Shown here: one piece after another, positions 9,340 to 27,740 of the stretch
Position numbering within the stretch: position 1 is the stretch's first letter
Layout: every line of letters starts with the position of its first letter
Origin: Escherichia phage vB_EcoM_P8
Sequence record: PV390659.2
Reading direction: 5' to 3' (one strand)
Length of the DNA: 64,000 nt
Made by a program: the position numbers and the translations under genes
The notes under the pieces: generated by a model
Seen by the model: the letters and a program-made list of their open reading frames with translations, nothing else
What the model was told of the DNA's origin: nothing
The model's database searches: none

Positions 9340-10905
9340 TTAGATACCTTTAACATATACACGGCGGAAGTAAGCGTTTTTACCAAGGCTATTCAGAATA
9401 GAAGGCATACCGCTTTGAATGCGAGAAGCCGGAGCCTGAGCAGCGGATTCTGCAAATGGGTTGATACCGATACCGTAACGAGTTTTGAATCCCATTACTG
9501 GTTGGAAGTTCTTCGGATCGGAACCACGCAGCGGAGTCAGAGCTACATATGGAGCATAGTAAATACCAGCATCCATTTCGTTCGGACCTTTATAACCTAC
9601 AGTGAAATAATCCTGTTTAGCATACTGGTCGATATATACACGGTATTTACCACCCAGAACACCAGCAAATACTGACTTGGTAGTATCAGTGTTAAAGCCG
9701 GTAGCCAGACCCTGTGCAGCATAAGAAATGCCAGTATCAACTGAAGCCAGAACGTTAACTACGTTACGGGAAGCGATAATGAAGTTACCTTCACCACGAC
9801 CGGTCTGACGAGCAATTTCAACTGCTTCTTTGTCAATCTGGAACAACAGAGCTTTAAAGGATTCACCCGCCCAGCGAGCACCACGAATATCAATCGGATC
9901 CTGGAAGTCAAATACACCAGCTTTAGAACCCGGAGTCAGGGTCATACCAGATTTACCAACCTGAGCTGAGTAGTTAATCCAATCAACAACTTCACGGTTA
10001 ATTTCCAGCATGATTTCGGTAGCCAGAATACCAGACAGTTCAGCATCAGCATCCATACCGTGAACAGCGCGGAGGTCTTGTGCTAATTCGATAGAGTAAG
10101 CAGCTTTCAGCTGACGAGATTTAGCTTCGATAACTTGTTTATCGATACGGAAGCCCATTTCATTCCATGGGTTATCGGTAGAACCGTTGAAACCTTCCTG
10201 AAGTTCAGCGATAGAAGTAGCCATACCTTCAGCGATTTCTACCAGTACACCAGCTTCCATTTGTTTCTTAATTTCAGCATCTAATTTAGCTGCATCAGTT
10301 GCGCTTGCACTAATTGTTACTTGAGCAGAAGCCTGCAGATACACAGTACCAGTGTCCTGGAAGAAGTGAGTATAGATATCACCTACTGTGGTTTCTGTGC
10401 TAGCAGCCAGAGCCGGGAATTTCTTAGCAGCACCCTGACCAGAGAACATTGCATCTGGACCATACATTGGGTGGAATGCTTCTTTAGCACCGGAAGCGAT
10501 TGGGTCTTTACCATATACTGCACGCAGTGCGAATACCTGGCCAGTCGGGCTGTTCATCGGCTGAACACCACAAATATCGAAAGCAATCAGGTTAGGAATA
10601 GCACGACGTACCATACCCATAACAGCTGGGCCAATCTGAGTTACTGCGCCAGAAGTCTGACCAGCAGCGATGTTAGTAGCATTGTAACCGTGGTCACCAC
10701 CGATTTCAGCTTCTGTTAAGAAAGAACCGAACGCCTGAGCGATTTTTTCGTCTTTGTACTCTGGAGCTGTCTGGAAATCTTTTTCCTGGTTTTCAAAGAT
10801 TTTAGCGATAATCGCTTGTTTGCTATTAGCAATTTCCGGTAAACCTTCACCTTCCAGTAATGGCTTCCATTTGTTCAAAAGTTCAGCTTTAGTTTTGATA
10901 GTCAT
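9340..10905 (-). CDS. 23: major capsid protein gp23
   Basis: 521 aa; recognised T4 gp23 N-terminus MTIKTKAELLNKWKPLLEGEGLPEIANSKQAIIAKIFENQ. Confidence 0.95.
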   Translation of the reverse strand: MTIKTKAELLNKWKPLLEGEGLPEIANSKQAIIAKIFENQEKDFQTAPEYKDEKIAQAFGSFLTEAEIGGDHGYNATNIAAGQTSGAVTQIGPAVMGMVRRAIPNLIAFDICGVQPMNSPTGQVFALRAVYGKDPIASGAKEAFHPMYGPDAMFSGQGAAKKFPALAASTETTVGDIYTHFFQDTGTVYLQASAQVTISASATDAAKLDAEIKKQMEAGVLVEIAEGMATSIAELQEGFNGSTDNPWNEMGFRIDKQVIEAKSRQLKAAYSIELAQDLRAVHGMDADAELSGILATEIMLEINREVVDWINYSAQVGKSGMTLTPGSKAGVFDFQDPIDIRGARWAGESFKALLFQIDKEAVEIARQTGRGEGNFIIASRNVVNVLASVDTGISYAAQGLATGFNTDTTKSVFAGVLGGKYRVYIDQYAKQDYFTVGYKGPNEMDAGIYYAPYVALTPLRGSDPKNFQPVMGFKTRYGIGINPFAESAAQAPASRIQSGMPSILNSLGKNAYFRRVYVKGI

Positions 10906-10923
10906 TTGTGTTAACCTTTAAAA

Positions 10924-11733
10924 TTAGAAACGAGATGCGACTTTCGCATATACACTTACAATATCTTCTGCACCAGGTGCAGCTTTATCTTCTACAGCTT
11001 CAGTGACGAAATTCAGTCCGGCTGCTTCAGTATCAGGAGTATTTATACCCTCAGTAATAGTGCTTTCATCTTTATTAGACTTCTTCACCATTTCTACGAT
11101 GGCACTCAATTTATTTGAGAATTCATCTGAATAATCCATACCTTCGACCAGAGCAGAGACTTTTTCTTTTTGAGACTCAGTCAGATCTTTAGTACTTTCG
11201 CTCAATGCCACTTCACGCTGCACATAATTGATATATGCGTCACGCTTATTGAGTTCTTCGAACAGACGAGCTGATTCTTCTTTATGTTCTTGCAGCTCTT
11301 CTTCCATTTCAGCCACAACATCAACTGATTCTTCTGGAACAACAACGTTGTGTTCAACAAAGAGCTCTTTTAATCCACCAAGCATGGATTCAAACAGTTC
11401 GGCTTTGATGCCTTTATCAACTGCTAATTTATTTTCAGCGAGCCATTCTTTTGCAAGATGGTCGATGAATTTAGAAGCTTGCTCAGCGATTTTCTTCTCA
11501 GCTTTTTCTTCGGCTTCTTCTTTATTTTTTTCTACTTCTTCTTCTGCTTTTTCAGCAATTTTAGCGATATGAGATTCAGCTAATTTAACGGCGTGCTGCT
11601 TGACGGTAGCTTCGAATACAGTGCCGAAAGTTTCTTTTGCTTCCGGAGAAATATTAACTGATTCGAAAATACTATCAAGAGCAACGGAAGCATCAATTTT
11701 TTGCGCTTCAGCAATCAGTTGTTCTTTAAGCAT
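10924..11733 (-). CDS. 22: prohead core scaffolding protein gp22
   Basis: 269 aa acidic coiled-coil, T4 synteny. Confidence 0.9.
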   Translation of the reverse strand: MLKEQLIAEAQKIDASVALDSIFESVNISPEAKETFGTVFEATVKQHAVKLAESHIAKIAEKAEEEVEKNKEEAEEKAEKKIAEQASKFIDHLAKEWLAENKLAVDKGIKAELFESMLGGLKELFVEHNVVVPEESVDVVAEMEEELQEHKEESARLFEELNKRDAYINYVQREVALSESTKDLTESQKEKVSALVEGMDYSDEFSNKLSAIVEMVKKSNKDESTITEGINTPDTEAAGLNFVTEAVEDKAAPGAEDIVSVYAKVASRF

Positions 11734-11760
11734 TTTGTAGTCCTGTTGTTTAGATAATAA

Positions 11761-11768
11761 TATTTATA
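11761..11768 (-). promoter_or_regulatory. late promoter for gene 22
   Basis: TATAAATA on minus strand 28 bp upstream of start. Confidence 0.7.
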
Positions 11769-12402
11769 ACGCTTTTTTCATGGCCTCTGCGAGAGCCATA
11801 TAGGCGTCATCGGCACTTGTATCGGCTTCCGCCGTCTGTGATTCGGTAATTTCCTTAGGAGTTACCCATGCATCTGGAGCACTTGGACCCCATACTGCAT
11901 CAACACCTACAGTTAATTTGAATCCTTCGTTTACGATACGATAACCTTTATTTGTGTCAGTCAATGAACCTAATCCACGAGAAGAAACTCCTGGAATCCA
12001 TCCGGCACGAATATTAGCTGCTAATTTATCTCCAGGACCGTGGTCACCTTCAATAACACGAGCTCGTCCGTATACGTCATTTCCTTTCCACCACATATCT
12101 TCTATAATGATAGCGGCTTGCATCGGGTCAACATTAGCGCGTGGAGGATGATTTAATTCTCCGAGAGCTTGTTTAGTTAAAACTTGCTCATTAATATAGT
12201 CTTTTACCGCTTTTTCTAATATGCGTTTTGGATAAAGACGTTTATTTCTATTGACGACTTCTGCTTGCATGAATATTCCTTCGATGTATAAACCCGGTTT
12301 TAAACCTAAGTCTTTTCCATCGTGGGATTCGAGCATTGGCACACCATCAATAATTTCGCCAGGTTGACCCCAAGTTTCAATTAGTAATTGGGGTTCATTC
12401 AT
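11764..12402 (-). CDS. 21: prohead core protease gp21
   Basis: 212 aa, T4 synteny. Confidence 0.9.
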   Translation of the reverse strand: MNEPQLLIETWGQPGEIIDGVPMLESHDGKDLGLKPGLYIEGIFMQAEVVNRNKRLYPKRILEKAVKDYINEQVLTKQALGELNHPPRANVDPMQAAIIIEDMWWKGNDVYGRARVIEGDHGPGDKLAANIRAGWIPGVSSRGLGSLTDTNKGYRIVNEGFKLTVGVDAVWGPSAPDAWVTPKEITESQTAEADTSADDAYMALAEAMKKAL

Positions 12403-12827
12403 TAGCTTAATCCTAATGCTTTACGGCGTTTAAGAGCTTTTTTACGCTTACGCTGAGCACGAGATTGACCTGCTGGATTGGCAATCTTCGTTTTGGTAGC
12501 TTTGCGAGCAATTTGTCTACGTTTTGCTTTAGACAGTCCGGTGGTTTGAAATGCATTACGTTCACGCGTCTTGCGGTCTTTAGTACGTGTAATTTCACCA
12601 CGAGCAGAAACATGTTTAACGATGAATTCATTTAGCGGCATATCTTCATTAATAGAAGCTAATGCAATTGCTAAATCAGTTTCATCATCAAGCATATTCT
12701 CGACAATTGTATTTATATCGTCTTTATTTAAAGCAGAAGACAATTCGTCAAAGCGACCCTGTGCTTCAGGAATAAGTGCTTCGACATTCTCGAGAACTAA
12801 TTCATGAGTTTCAGGGATCAGAAGCAT
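12402..12827 (-). CDS. 68: prohead core protein gp68
   Basis: 141 aa, basic C-terminus, T4 synteny. Confidence 0.8.
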   Translation of the reverse strand: MLLIPETHELVLENVEALIPEAQGRFDELSSALNKDDINTIVENMLDDETDLAIALASINEDMPLNEFIVKHVSARGEITRTKDRKTRERNAFQTTGLSKAKRRQIARKATKTKIANPAGQSRAQRKRKKALKRRKALGLS

Positions 12828-13071
12828 TATTCATCATCCTCGTCTTCGTCATCTTCGTCAGAGTCTTTGTCTTTTTTGTCGTCTTTATCATCACTATCTT
12901 CGTCTTCATCATCCTCGTCTTCAGGTTCTTCACCTTCGATTAAGAAATTACGAGCGATAGCGATTTTTTCTTCTTTAATTAAATCAATCGTTCTTGCAGC
13001 CATGGCTTCAGCAAATAATTTACGAGCGGCTACGAGGTCGTTTGATTTAATAGCTTCAATTAAACCTTCCA

Positions 13072-13072
<1 letters not shown>
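12827..13072 (-). CDS. 67: prohead core protein gp67 (acidic tail)
   Basis: 81 aa with poly-acidic C-terminus, T4 synteny. Confidence 0.8.
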
Positions 13073-14697
<1,625 letters not shown>

Positions 14698-14729
14698 TTA
14701 AGCAGGATGGGGATTTCTCCCCATTCATT

Positions 14730-15221
14730 TTATTCCCAATAATCGAGAGCGAGAGTTACTTCAAAGGTTTGGATTTCATTGTTTGAATCCCAATCTAACT
14801 GAAGTTCACCCACGTTAGTAGGCCACAGGCCTTTAATTTCGACTTCTTTTGTTACAGTTTTAGCGTCACGAGCATATTGGCGTACAATAGCACTCTTTTT
14901 ATACTCTGCTGGTTTTCCACCAGTAATTTCGTTTCCTTGCCCAGCAGCAATGCTTTGCCAGTCAACAAACTTCTGGCGTGCATCATGCGCCTCATCATTC
15001 ATTACTGTAATAGTCCAGTCATCGAATGTACGATCGCCTGCTACGTTAATTTTACGGTTCATAAATCCGACTGGAATTTTTTCTACAATACCAGCTGGTA
15101 AAGCAGTGGCTTTACATTGAAACGTAAAATTTTGTCCAAGATAAGAAATTTCTACTTGGAATAAGTTAGGTCGAGCAAAATCACCAGATTCAAACGCTCG
15201 TGTTACATCATCTACAAACAT
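14730..15221 (-). CDS. 19: tail tube protein gp19
   Basis: 163 aa, T4 synteny. Confidence 0.9.
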   Translation of the reverse strand: MFVDDVTRAFESGDFARPNLFQVEISYLGQNFTFQCKATALPAGIVEKIPVGFMNRKINVAGDRTFDDWTITVMNDEAHDARQKFVDWQSIAAGQGNEITGGKPAEYKKSAIVRQYARDAKTVTKEVEIKGLWPTNVGELQLDWDSNNEIQTFEVTLALDYWE

Positions 15222-15294
15222 ATTAGCCTCTGTAGTATTTATATCCCTATGTTTAACCTAGGGCATATAGAATTAAAGAATTAAGGATATAGTG

Positions 15295-15302
15295 TATTTA
15301 TA
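15295..15302 (-). promoter_or_regulatory. late promoter for gene 19
   Basis: TATAAATA on minus strand 74 bp upstream of start. Confidence 0.5.
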
Positions 15303-15337
15303 TGGCCTGCCGAAACAGGCCTTTAGAATGCACCGTA

Positions 15338-17317
15338 TTAACCTGCAAGACCAGTTAACTCATCGAAATCTGCACCTGTAGCAGTTGCTACGAAGTTCAA
15401 GGTAATGTAGTTAATGCTTCTAGCCGGTTGGATGTAGAATGTTGCAACAAACTCATTTCTATCAATTACTGACGGAGTGTTATTTGTTGTATCGCAAACT
15501 ACACGATATTCATAAATTCCACCGAGAGCTTTAATTCCCTGCAAGTATTGGGCAGTTTCTGTGCGGAATGATGAACGAGTAAACGCGTTGTTTAATTCGA
15601 ACAAACGATATTTTGAACTACGTCCGATATTCGTTTTCAACATATTAAACAGACGACGAACGTTAATACGATCAAATGGAGAAGGAACAGAAGTAGCTGT
15701 TTTATCACCATATAATACGTAACCATCACCACCTGTACCGGTTACCGGGTTGATAGCTTCTTGGTATAAACGGTCGCGCTGCGCCTGGCGAGTTTCAATA
15801 GCAAGTTTAATAACGTTAAGAATCTGGCCACGATTATAACCAGCTGGAGACATCCAAGTCTGAGAAACGTTATCGGTTCTTGCACATAAACCGGCAATAT
15901 CAGCTGCTAATGGAACCCAGCGATTGACATCATTATATTTGTCATACTGATATTTGTAGTTACCATCAATTGCTGCGTAGGTTGAACTGATATTAAAGTT
16001 ATTATCAGTGTATGAACCTGTTGCAGTTCTCCAATTGACTAAGTTATCAACAGCGCGAGTTACAGGAATTCCAACTACAGTTTCGCGCGGTGGTGAGCAT
16101 AGTACTAAGCAATCCTGGCGAGCATCCCCAATTGAAACGACGTGTTTTTGGACAGTAGATGCTGTTTCTAAAGATTCACCGGCACAAGAACCCGCAATAA
16201 ACAACTGAACGTCAACAGATTCACGGTCAGCAAAGAAGTCCCAGGCTTCCATTAAATCTCCTGCTGTTACTTCAGCATTTGATGATAATCCACCAGACAG
16301 AGTTAAAATTCCAGAGAATCCTTCTGGCCAGTTTTGTGCAGTTGCGAAAATATATTCTGAACCGCCTTTTGCGAAAAAGTCATCAATGTAGATGTTACTA
16401 TCGTAAATATCTTTTTCACCACGCTTTGTTGAAAGAACAATACTTTGAACAATAGCATCATTACGACGAACTATAATAGCGTATTGCGAATCAGTTTGTG
16501 GTCCATATCCAAACACCGCTTTGGCAGTAGATGCACGTGTTCCGCCACCTGGATAAATTGGAAGTAATACAGAAGCACCTTTTGCGTAGTCAGCTTTAGA
16601 TACGATTTCAATTTCGATTTTATCGCCCAACTCGCCTGGATAAAGAGCTACTACTCCTGGAATTCCATATTTTTCGAGATTTGTTTGAAATTCAACCGCT
16701 GTCATAGCAGCTTCGGCATTTTCAATCTCAGCTAATAAAATACCGGAATCAGTAATAATTTTTCCAAGAGTTATTACTGCAGCTAAACCAGATGAAGACG
16801 AAGAAATTTCTGCGGTCCAGTTAGAACCTAGTTCTGGATATTCACCGACTTCTTTCGCTTTAGCGATAATTTTTGCAGTAGGAATATTAATTTTCTTAAT
16901 TTTTCCATCAGCATCTACTTCGGTAATTTTACCTTCCGTTTCAATGTCTTCTGAAACATACTTAACTGTGATTTTATCTCCAACCGCGTAGTTACTACCT
17001 GGGGTAGAAATAGTGTATTCAATATTACCAGCAATCGGAGATGAGTTTTTAGCGGTATCTCTATCGACAGCACGCACAACTCGCAAATCATTTCCATATT
17101 GTAAGAAATTCATTGCAGACATAAAATAGTCAGCAGTTTCAGCTGTAGGTTGACCAAAAGTATTAACTAAATCTACTTCATTTGTAACCTGTTTGATCTG
17201 AAAAGCAGGACCCCACTGGAATTTACCGGCCAAAGCTGCTGTACCAGTAGAGTTATTAACCACGGTGCTTTGAACCGTAGTTTCTTTGAGCTCAATGCCC
17301 GGAGATAATAAAGTCAT
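15338..17317 (-). CDS. 18: tail sheath protein gp18
   Basis: 659 aa, T4 synteny. Confidence 0.9.
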   Translation of the reverse strand: MTLLSPGIELKETTVQSTVVNNSTGTAALAGKFQWGPAFQIKQVTNEVDLVNTFGQPTAETADYFMSAMNFLQYGNDLRVVRAVDRDTAKNSSPIAGNIEYTISTPGSNYAVGDKITVKYVSEDIETEGKITEVDADGKIKKINIPTAKIIAKAKEVGEYPELGSNWTAEISSSSSGLAAVITLGKIITDSGILLAEIENAEAAMTAVEFQTNLEKYGIPGVVALYPGELGDKIEIEIVSKADYAKGASVLLPIYPGGGTRASTAKAVFGYGPQTDSQYAIIVRRNDAIVQSIVLSTKRGEKDIYDSNIYIDDFFAKGGSEYIFATAQNWPEGFSGILTLSGGLSSNAEVTAGDLMEAWDFFADRESVDVQLFIAGSCAGESLETASTVQKHVVSIGDARQDCLVLCSPPRETVVGIPVTRAVDNLVNWRTATGSYTDNNFNISSTYAAIDGNYKYQYDKYNDVNRWVPLAADIAGLCARTDNVSQTWMSPAGYNRGQILNVIKLAIETRQAQRDRLYQEAINPVTGTGGDGYVLYGDKTATSVPSPFDRINVRRLFNMLKTNIGRSSKYRLFELNNAFTRSSFRTETAQYLQGIKALGGIYEYRVVCDTTNNTPSVIDRNEFVATFYIQPARSINYITLNFVATATGADFDELTGLAG

Positions 17318-17345
17318 TTTTAATCCTCTTTAATATGCTTTAATA

Positions 17346-20486
<3,141 letters not shown>

Positions 20487-20527
20487 GATTTCTCCTAATC
20501 TGGGCTTTAATTAGTTTATAATATTTA

Positions 20528-22229
<1,702 letters not shown>

Positions 22230-22242
22230 TTAAAAATCCTTT

Positions 22243-22258
22243 GGGGCCTTGCGGCCCC
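22243..22258 (-). terminator. hairpin downstream of wac
   Basis: GGGGCCTTGCGGCCCC hairpin. Confidence 0.55.
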
Positions 22259-22261
22259 ATG

Positions 22262-23719
22262 TTATGCTGGTGATAAAAAGGTAGAAAGTAATACCCATTC
22301 GCCGTCTTTACGAACGTAAGCTTGGCCATCTTTTGGAGCTTCAGGAATATAACCTGCTTCCTGTAAAGTCTGAACATCCCCATGTAATGAAGATACATTA
22401 CTTTTAATACTACGCATTTCTTGATTAATAGAAGAAATGTTAGTTTCATTAGCTTTTATTGAATTAGTTAATCCACGCTCTTCTACTGTTGAACCATTTG
22501 GATTTGTGCCGCTTACTAGTTTATTTAGTGCAACAACTTGGCCTTTAATTCCAGTAGTGTTATTACCAATTTCAACTTGTAAGTTTTGAACATCATTGTT
22601 CAGTCTATTAACCGAGGTTTCAACAGTTGAAACCCTATTTAAAAGAGACCCAGGAGGAGAAGGCTGACCTCCACTAGAATCAGTTCCAACGATTTGGTTT
22701 AGCCATGAAACGTTTGCTCGTAGTCCAGATGAAGTGTTTTCACCAACAATTCCATTTAAAAACTCGATAGATGTTGTATTATCTTTAATTCGACCTTTAA
22801 TGCTAGAAGGAATATCATCTGAGCCAATTGTTGTTTCAATGACAGTCAATCGTTGTTTAATACCTCCGCTTTTATTTAGTTCATCATTTAAAGCTGAAAT
22901 TTCTCGTGTATTAGTGTTAACATCTGTGATTATTGAAGTATTTCCTGGATATCCAATAGAAGTTTTGATAGATTTAATTTCGGAACTAAGATTAATCTGC
23001 GATTGATCTAAATTATGAACACGTGAATATATGCTTTCACTGAATGAAGATGGTCTTTGTCCAAGTTCTTGTCTAAGATTTCCGACTTCAATTGTCAGTG
23101 AACCTACATCAGATTCAATAAATTTTTCTTCCAAATCACTTAGACGTATTCCTTGGGAAGTTATAGCATCTGTATTATTAATGATGCGGTGCTTCATACC
23201 CGTGCTGCTATTTCCTACAACAGGAAGACCATTAATGTCTTGCCCAGCATATTGTCCTAATTCCCTTTTAATCCATAACAAATCATTTCTAATCGTTCTA
23301 TAAACTGAATTTGCTTGCGAATTAAATGGACCAATATCAGAAAGAATATTATCAACCGTAGTATTTGTGCCATTTAATATATCAGTATGTTCATTCGTGA
23401 GTGTCTTTAAATTTGATATATCATTTTTATTAACACTGATCTGTGATAGCGCTTCTATATCTCCTGATACATCTAAAATGCCTTGAATGGTTTTAATATC
23501 TTCCTGAGATGTTTCAATGGCAGTTTTAAGAATTCCTACATTTTCGTCGAGAACCTCGACATTTTTAAACACAGAAACAGTTGGTCTATTCATTGACCCA
23601 TCGTTTCCATACTTAGTACTAGCTCCTAATATTTCTTCACCATTTTTAATCCATGAAATACGTTCCTGACCTTCGCCAGGAACGCTATCAACAAAAGGTA
23701 ACTCTTTTAATTCAATCAT
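22262..23719 (-). CDS. wac: fibritin (whisker) with C-terminal foldon
   Basis: 485 aa coiled-coil; C-terminus [27 protein letters not shown] matches foldon. Confidence 0.9.
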   Translation of the reverse strand: MIELKELPFVDSVPGEGQERISWIKNGEEILGASTKYGNDGSMNRPTVSVFKNVEVLDENVGILKTAIETSQEDIKTIQGILDVSGDIEALSQISVNKNDISNLKTLTNEHTDILNGTNTTVDNILSDIGPFNSQANSVYRTIRNDLLWIKRELGQYAGQDINGLPVVGNSSTGMKHRIINNTDAITSQGIRLSDLEEKFIESDVGSLTIEVGNLRQELGQRPSSFSESIYSRVHNLDQSQINLSSEIKSIKTSIGYPGNTSIITDVNTNTREISALNDELNKSGGIKQRLTVIETTIGSDDIPSSIKGRIKDNTTSIEFLNGIVGENTSSGLRANVSWLNQIVGTDSSGGQPSPPGSLLNRVSTVETSVNRLNNDVQNLQVEIGNNTTGIKGQVVALNKLVSGTNPNGSTVEERGLTNSIKANETNISSINQEMRSIKSNVSSLHGDVQTLQEAGYIPEAPKDGQAYVRKDGEWVLLSTFLSPA

Positions 23720-23728
23720 TTGTAATCC

Positions 23729-25279
23729 TTAGTAATGAATTTTAATAATATAGTTTAATGATATATTCCATGGTCTAGTTTCATAACCAATTAATCCTTC
23801 ACGATTAAGTGTACCAAGGGCATCTCTCGGTCCACCCAATTCAAATCCATCATTAGTGAAGTATGAAGCATTATCCCAGTCGGCATATTTTCTAGTTCCA
23901 AGATATCCTTGATAAACGGACGCGCCAAATGGAGCTTCATGTCTTTGGTATTCTCCCCAACCACCAGCGTGTTTATGGTATGACATTTGTTGTGCCTGAA
24001 CACCACCAACATGCATTCCGTCACATCCTACACCAAGTCTATCCTTCCCATAGCCATCTTGTCCTCGTTGATTTAAAATATGACCGCCCGTGCCAGCTCC
24101 TCTAACAAAAAGACCTCGCATATCAGGAATGCCAGGGTTATTCCAATCACCACCAAATCTCGTTCCAACTGTGTTTCTATAATCAGGATATTGATCTCCT
24201 GACACGGTTCCACCATGGCACATAATCCAACCCGGAGGTGCTGAATCTCCCGCAAACATCATAATAGTTCCAACTGGAACCCTTTCTGACGCATATCTTT
24301 CAGTGGCAACAGGTTGATCGCCATTTTTCCACATTCCGCCGCGCGACCAAATTCCGTTTGCTGTAAGATGGTCTAAATTTAAAGAACCATTAATAGTTTG
24401 TCCACCACGAGTATTAATTACATCTGCGTTCCATGCTAATGCACCAGAGCTATCACCTTCAGGGGCAATACCGGCTTGCGTCGTTAATTTAACTACTCCA
24501 CGCATAGAACCAGTAGCTCCTCGACCATTTAGTGTTTCACCTGTTACTGCAACATCTCCTAAATTACTGTTAACTTCCGATTGTGTTCCTAAACGTATAA
24601 CACCCTTATATTCTTGTGTTGCAACAGAATTCATAAAGGTATACGGAGAAATTGCATATCCTTCGCGGAGAGTTCCTTGACGAGTTTGCGCAACAGTAGA
24701 TAATTGAACTACACCTCTCACAGATTCTGATGCAGTATCTTCGGAAGGAGCTATTTGTGAAATTAATTTTATTGCAAGTTTTTGCGTTTTTAATGGAGTC
24801 ATTGCCGTAGTATCATCAACTCCAGCTAAAGCTGCAGGTGTAGATGATATTTTAATAACCCCGTTTGATGACTCAGACGAATATCTATTTTGGAACACAT
24901 CGTCAGTATGGTATTTCAGTTTTTGCGGCGTTATTGATGAATTATTATCTGAGCCTTCTAATGTTTCTTCATTTGTTGAATAGCGCGTTAAACCATACTT
25001 AGTTTCAGTAGCATTTGGATACAATAATCTTGTTGCTAATGTAGCTGGTGTAACGATTTTAGAATTATTAGTTCCATCTAAAACCTCTTGCTCTGACGCA
25101 ATCATTGCTATTCCTTTAACTTCCATAGTTGCATCAGGAATACCATTTACGCCGATATTACTTATTTTTGATAATGCAGACTGCACTGTCGTGACAGTGT
25201 CAGGAAAATTCGATCCTACTGGATCGAATTTAACATATTTTGATTCATTTGATACGTGCTGATATGTATTGTTACTCAT
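23729..25279 (-). CDS. 12: short tail fiber protein gp12
   Basis: 516 aa, T4 synteny. Confidence 0.85.
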   Translation of the reverse strand: MSNNTYQHVSNESKYVKFDPVGSNFPDTVTTVQSALSKISNIGVNGIPDATMEVKGIAMIASEQEVLDGTNNSKIVTPATLATRLLYPNATETKYGLTRYSTNEETLEGSDNNSSITPQKLKYHTDDVFQNRYSSESSNGVIKISSTPAALAGVDDTTAMTPLKTQKLAIKLISQIAPSEDTASESVRGVVQLSTVAQTRQGTLREGYAISPYTFMNSVATQEYKGVIRLGTQSEVNSNLGDVAVTGETLNGRGATGSMRGVVKLTTQAGIAPEGDSSGALAWNADVINTRGGQTINGSLNLDHLTANGIWSRGGMWKNGDQPVATERYASERVPVGTIMMFAGDSAPPGWIMCHGGTVSGDQYPDYRNTVGTRFGGDWNNPGIPDMRGLFVRGAGTGGHILNQRGQDGYGKDRLGVGCDGMHVGGVQAQQMSYHKHAGGWGEYQRHEAPFGASVYQGYLGTRKYADWDNASYFTNDGFELGGPRDALGTLNREGLIGYETRPWNISLNYIIKIHY

Positions 25280-25935
25280 GCTATTCTCTCAAAATAATAA
25301 AATACTGTAGGTTGTGTGTGACTATCTAGCGTGACAGTTTGCGCACCTAATAATTGCCAAGTTCCGTATCCAGGTTTAGAAGGAGAAATTATTTCCTGTT
25401 TGAAAGTAATTCCTTTATCAGAGTATTGTTCTAAGATATGTTCTTGGTTATCTAAATACTTAACTTGTATTTTATTTCCTATGGTAGGATGGTCTTCAAA
25501 TGAATCAATTGCAATAAATTTTGCAACCATTTCCTGTAGAGCTGTTCTAACGGCACTGGTAAATTCGATTGAAGTCATTCCGTTGGTAGCTTTAACAGGA
25601 ATGCCAAACATGTTAACAATAACTGGGTCACCCGGTTTGGCTGAAGTATCAGTAACAGTTCCTTCAAATGACCAATAGTCTGTTTGCTGCACGCCAGTAG
25701 GAGATACGCCGCTTATATTAACTAATACAGCTCCAACTTGTTGCTCTGCCATATTTCTAACATCATTGATAGCAGATTCTACATTTGGGTCATAAAAACC
25801 CTTTGCTATTTGTGAAATTGTTACAGCGCCTACTGGCTGATTATTCATAACCGAAATATCATTTTTCTTAGTTCTAAAACCAAGAAAATCTGCTAAGCGG
25901 GAAATAACTCCCGCTTTATTATTAAGTAAACTCAT
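25276..25935 (-). CDS. 11: baseplate wedge / short-fiber attachment protein gp11
   Basis: 219 aa from internal ATG (MSLLNNKAG...) overlapping gene 10 stop; ORF track starts 18 nt upstream. Confidence 0.85.
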   Translation of the reverse strand: MSLLNNKAGVISRLADFLGFRTKKNDISVMNNQPVGAVTISQIAKGFYDPNVESAINDVRNMAEQQVGAVLVNISGVSPTGVQQTDYWSFEGTVTDTSAKPGDPVIVNMFGIPVKATNGMTSIEFTSAVRTALQEMVAKFIAIDSFEDHPTIGNKIQVKYLDNQEHILEQYSDKGITFKQEIISPSKPGYGTWQLLGAQTVTLDSHTQPTVFYYFERIA

Positions 25936-27740
25936 TATGCAATCCTTATCCAACGGTATACAGTAATAGACGGTTGAATATTACTAATATTAGCAGGAGG
26001 AGTATGTGAAGAGTTTGTTGTTGCGTAATCTTCACGGTATTTTGTATATATAGGACCAGTTTCATCTGGGTCATATTGGCAACCTCCAATAATAACCGAT
26101 CCATTTTCGTCTTCAATTAAAACTCTTTCGTCGGTTTTAGTTGCAGGAAGATTTGCGTTTTCAAGCGTTACTGATGTTGTTCCAACCGTTCCACCGGCAG
26201 TATGTGAAGGATTTCCACTAGAATCTAAATCATTATTGTTTAAAGCAAAGTTTGGATCCGTAACATCATCATTCCATCCTACTAAAACTTGTCCTTTACC
26301 AAATAATTTCCATGAACCAAATCCCATATAAGTCACCGGATTATTTGGATTTATAGCATTTTCATAAATTGAACCTACAGGATAAATGCTATCGAAAATA
26401 GATGATATTGAATTATACGTTCTAGTATAAGAATCAACTTTTTCAACATTTGGCCAACCGATTTTATCGAAATCTGTTAAGGCCACATCACCAGTAACTT
26501 CAGTAGATGATCCTTTGCTAACATAGCGGTCATCAGTCAATTCAATAATGTCATCTTTTTCTAAAAGAGTTCCTAAATCGTTATTGAACCATGTTATAAC
26601 GATAATGTCACCTGATTCAAATTTTCTATCAAATAAAAGACTGGTAGGTTTTCCATCTTCATATTCTATAGAATAATCTGTGTTTGATTCTTTCCATTCG
26701 CCACCAAGAGATATACATCCTTCTTGTGTATCTGAACTAGCGCCTTCACACAAAAACAGAGGATATCCAGCTGTTCCAGCCTGCTGCTGTAAAATTCCAT
26801 TAAAACGAACCTCAAGAGAGTTAGGATTAATGGGTTCACCAGGAATTAATCCAAATGCAGAAAATGGAATTGATTTCATCGCCGATAAATCAGTAACATA
26901 AATGCTTCCTTCTAAAGAAGTCTTTGATGTTAGTTTTGAATCTAGTACTTTTATTTGGCGTCTAGTATATGAACTTCTCCATTGTGATACACCATCCATA
27001 AATGTTTCAATTTGAACAGTGTCACCAATATTACAAGGCTGTCTTAATCGAATATTAAATCCATCAAGAGGAACTAATTCGCCTTCATTTTCGCCCGGAG
27101 AGCCAAAGTCACTGTTTTCGCTAAATACATCACCGTAATACAATTCGTTACCACGATGTTTTACTCTGATGTTATTGACATTATAACTAGTTCCATTAAA
27201 AACATCTAAAAAGTCTGTTTGCCCTTGAACTTCGACTAAAAATTCTTTACGAGCTACATTACTAATGTCTGAACTAATAATTTTATCAATTTGCTTATTT
27301 TTGACATACTCCCAGCGTCCTGGAGCGCAATAAACGAGCTCTAAATCACTAAATTGAATATTAATTTCAACTGACGATGACGACCCTTTAATTGTATCTC
27401 CGGAAGCAGCTACTAAAGTAACTGGATTGATGTTCCATGTAGCGAATACGTCTCTAGCTCTAATTACCTTGTTGTAATCATTAACAGTTCCTTTAGGAAG
27501 TTGTAGAGTTACTCTTCCAGACGAAGTATTAATGGCATATGATTTTCCCCATTCTGCCGTTAGTGTTTGTCCAGATGAAGCATTATAAGTTTTCCAGGCA
27601 CCGGCTGAATATGGAACATCTCCATCACCAAGTTCATAATAAAGTTCATCAAAGTTTTCATTTATTTTTATACCACCTTTACGCAGGTAGTCACCGGTAC
27701 CATCATCAACAACATTACCGATATTAATATTTTGTTTCAT
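25935..27740 (-). CDS. 10: baseplate wedge protein gp10
   Basis: 601 aa, T4 synteny. Confidence 0.85.
   Translation of the reverse strand: MKQNINIGNVVDDGTGDYLRKGGIKINENFDELYYELGDGDVPYSAGAWKTYNASSGQTLTAEWGKSYAINTSSGRVTLQLPKGTVNDYNKVIRARDVFATWNINPVTLVAASGDTIKGSSSSVEINIQFSDLELVYCAPGRWEYVKNKQIDKIISSDISNVARKEFLVEVQGQTDFLDVFNGTSYNVNNIRVKHRGNELYYGDVFSENSDFGSPGENEGELVPLDGFNIRLRQPCNIGDTVQIETFMDGVSQWRSSYTRRQIKVLDSKLTSKTSLEGSIYVTDLSAMKSIPFSAFGLIPGEPINPNSLEVRFNGILQQQAGTAGYPLFLCEGASSDTQEGCISLGGEWKESNTDYSIEYEDGKPTSLLFDRKFESGDIIVITWFNNDLGTLLEKDDIIELTDDRYVSKGSSTEVTGDVALTDFDKIGWPNVEKVDSYTRTYNSISSIFDSIYPVGSIYENAINPNNPVTYMGFGSWKLFGKGQVLVGWNDDVTDPNFALNNNDLDSSGNPSHTAGGTVGTTSVTLENANLPATKTDERVLIEDENGSVIIGGCQYDPDETGPIYTKYREDYATTNSSHTPPANISNIQPSITVYRWIRIA

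Noticed and set aside
20487-20527. Late-promoter-like AT-rich motif upstream of gene 15
   Set aside because: No exact TATAAATA on the minus strand; near-matches only.
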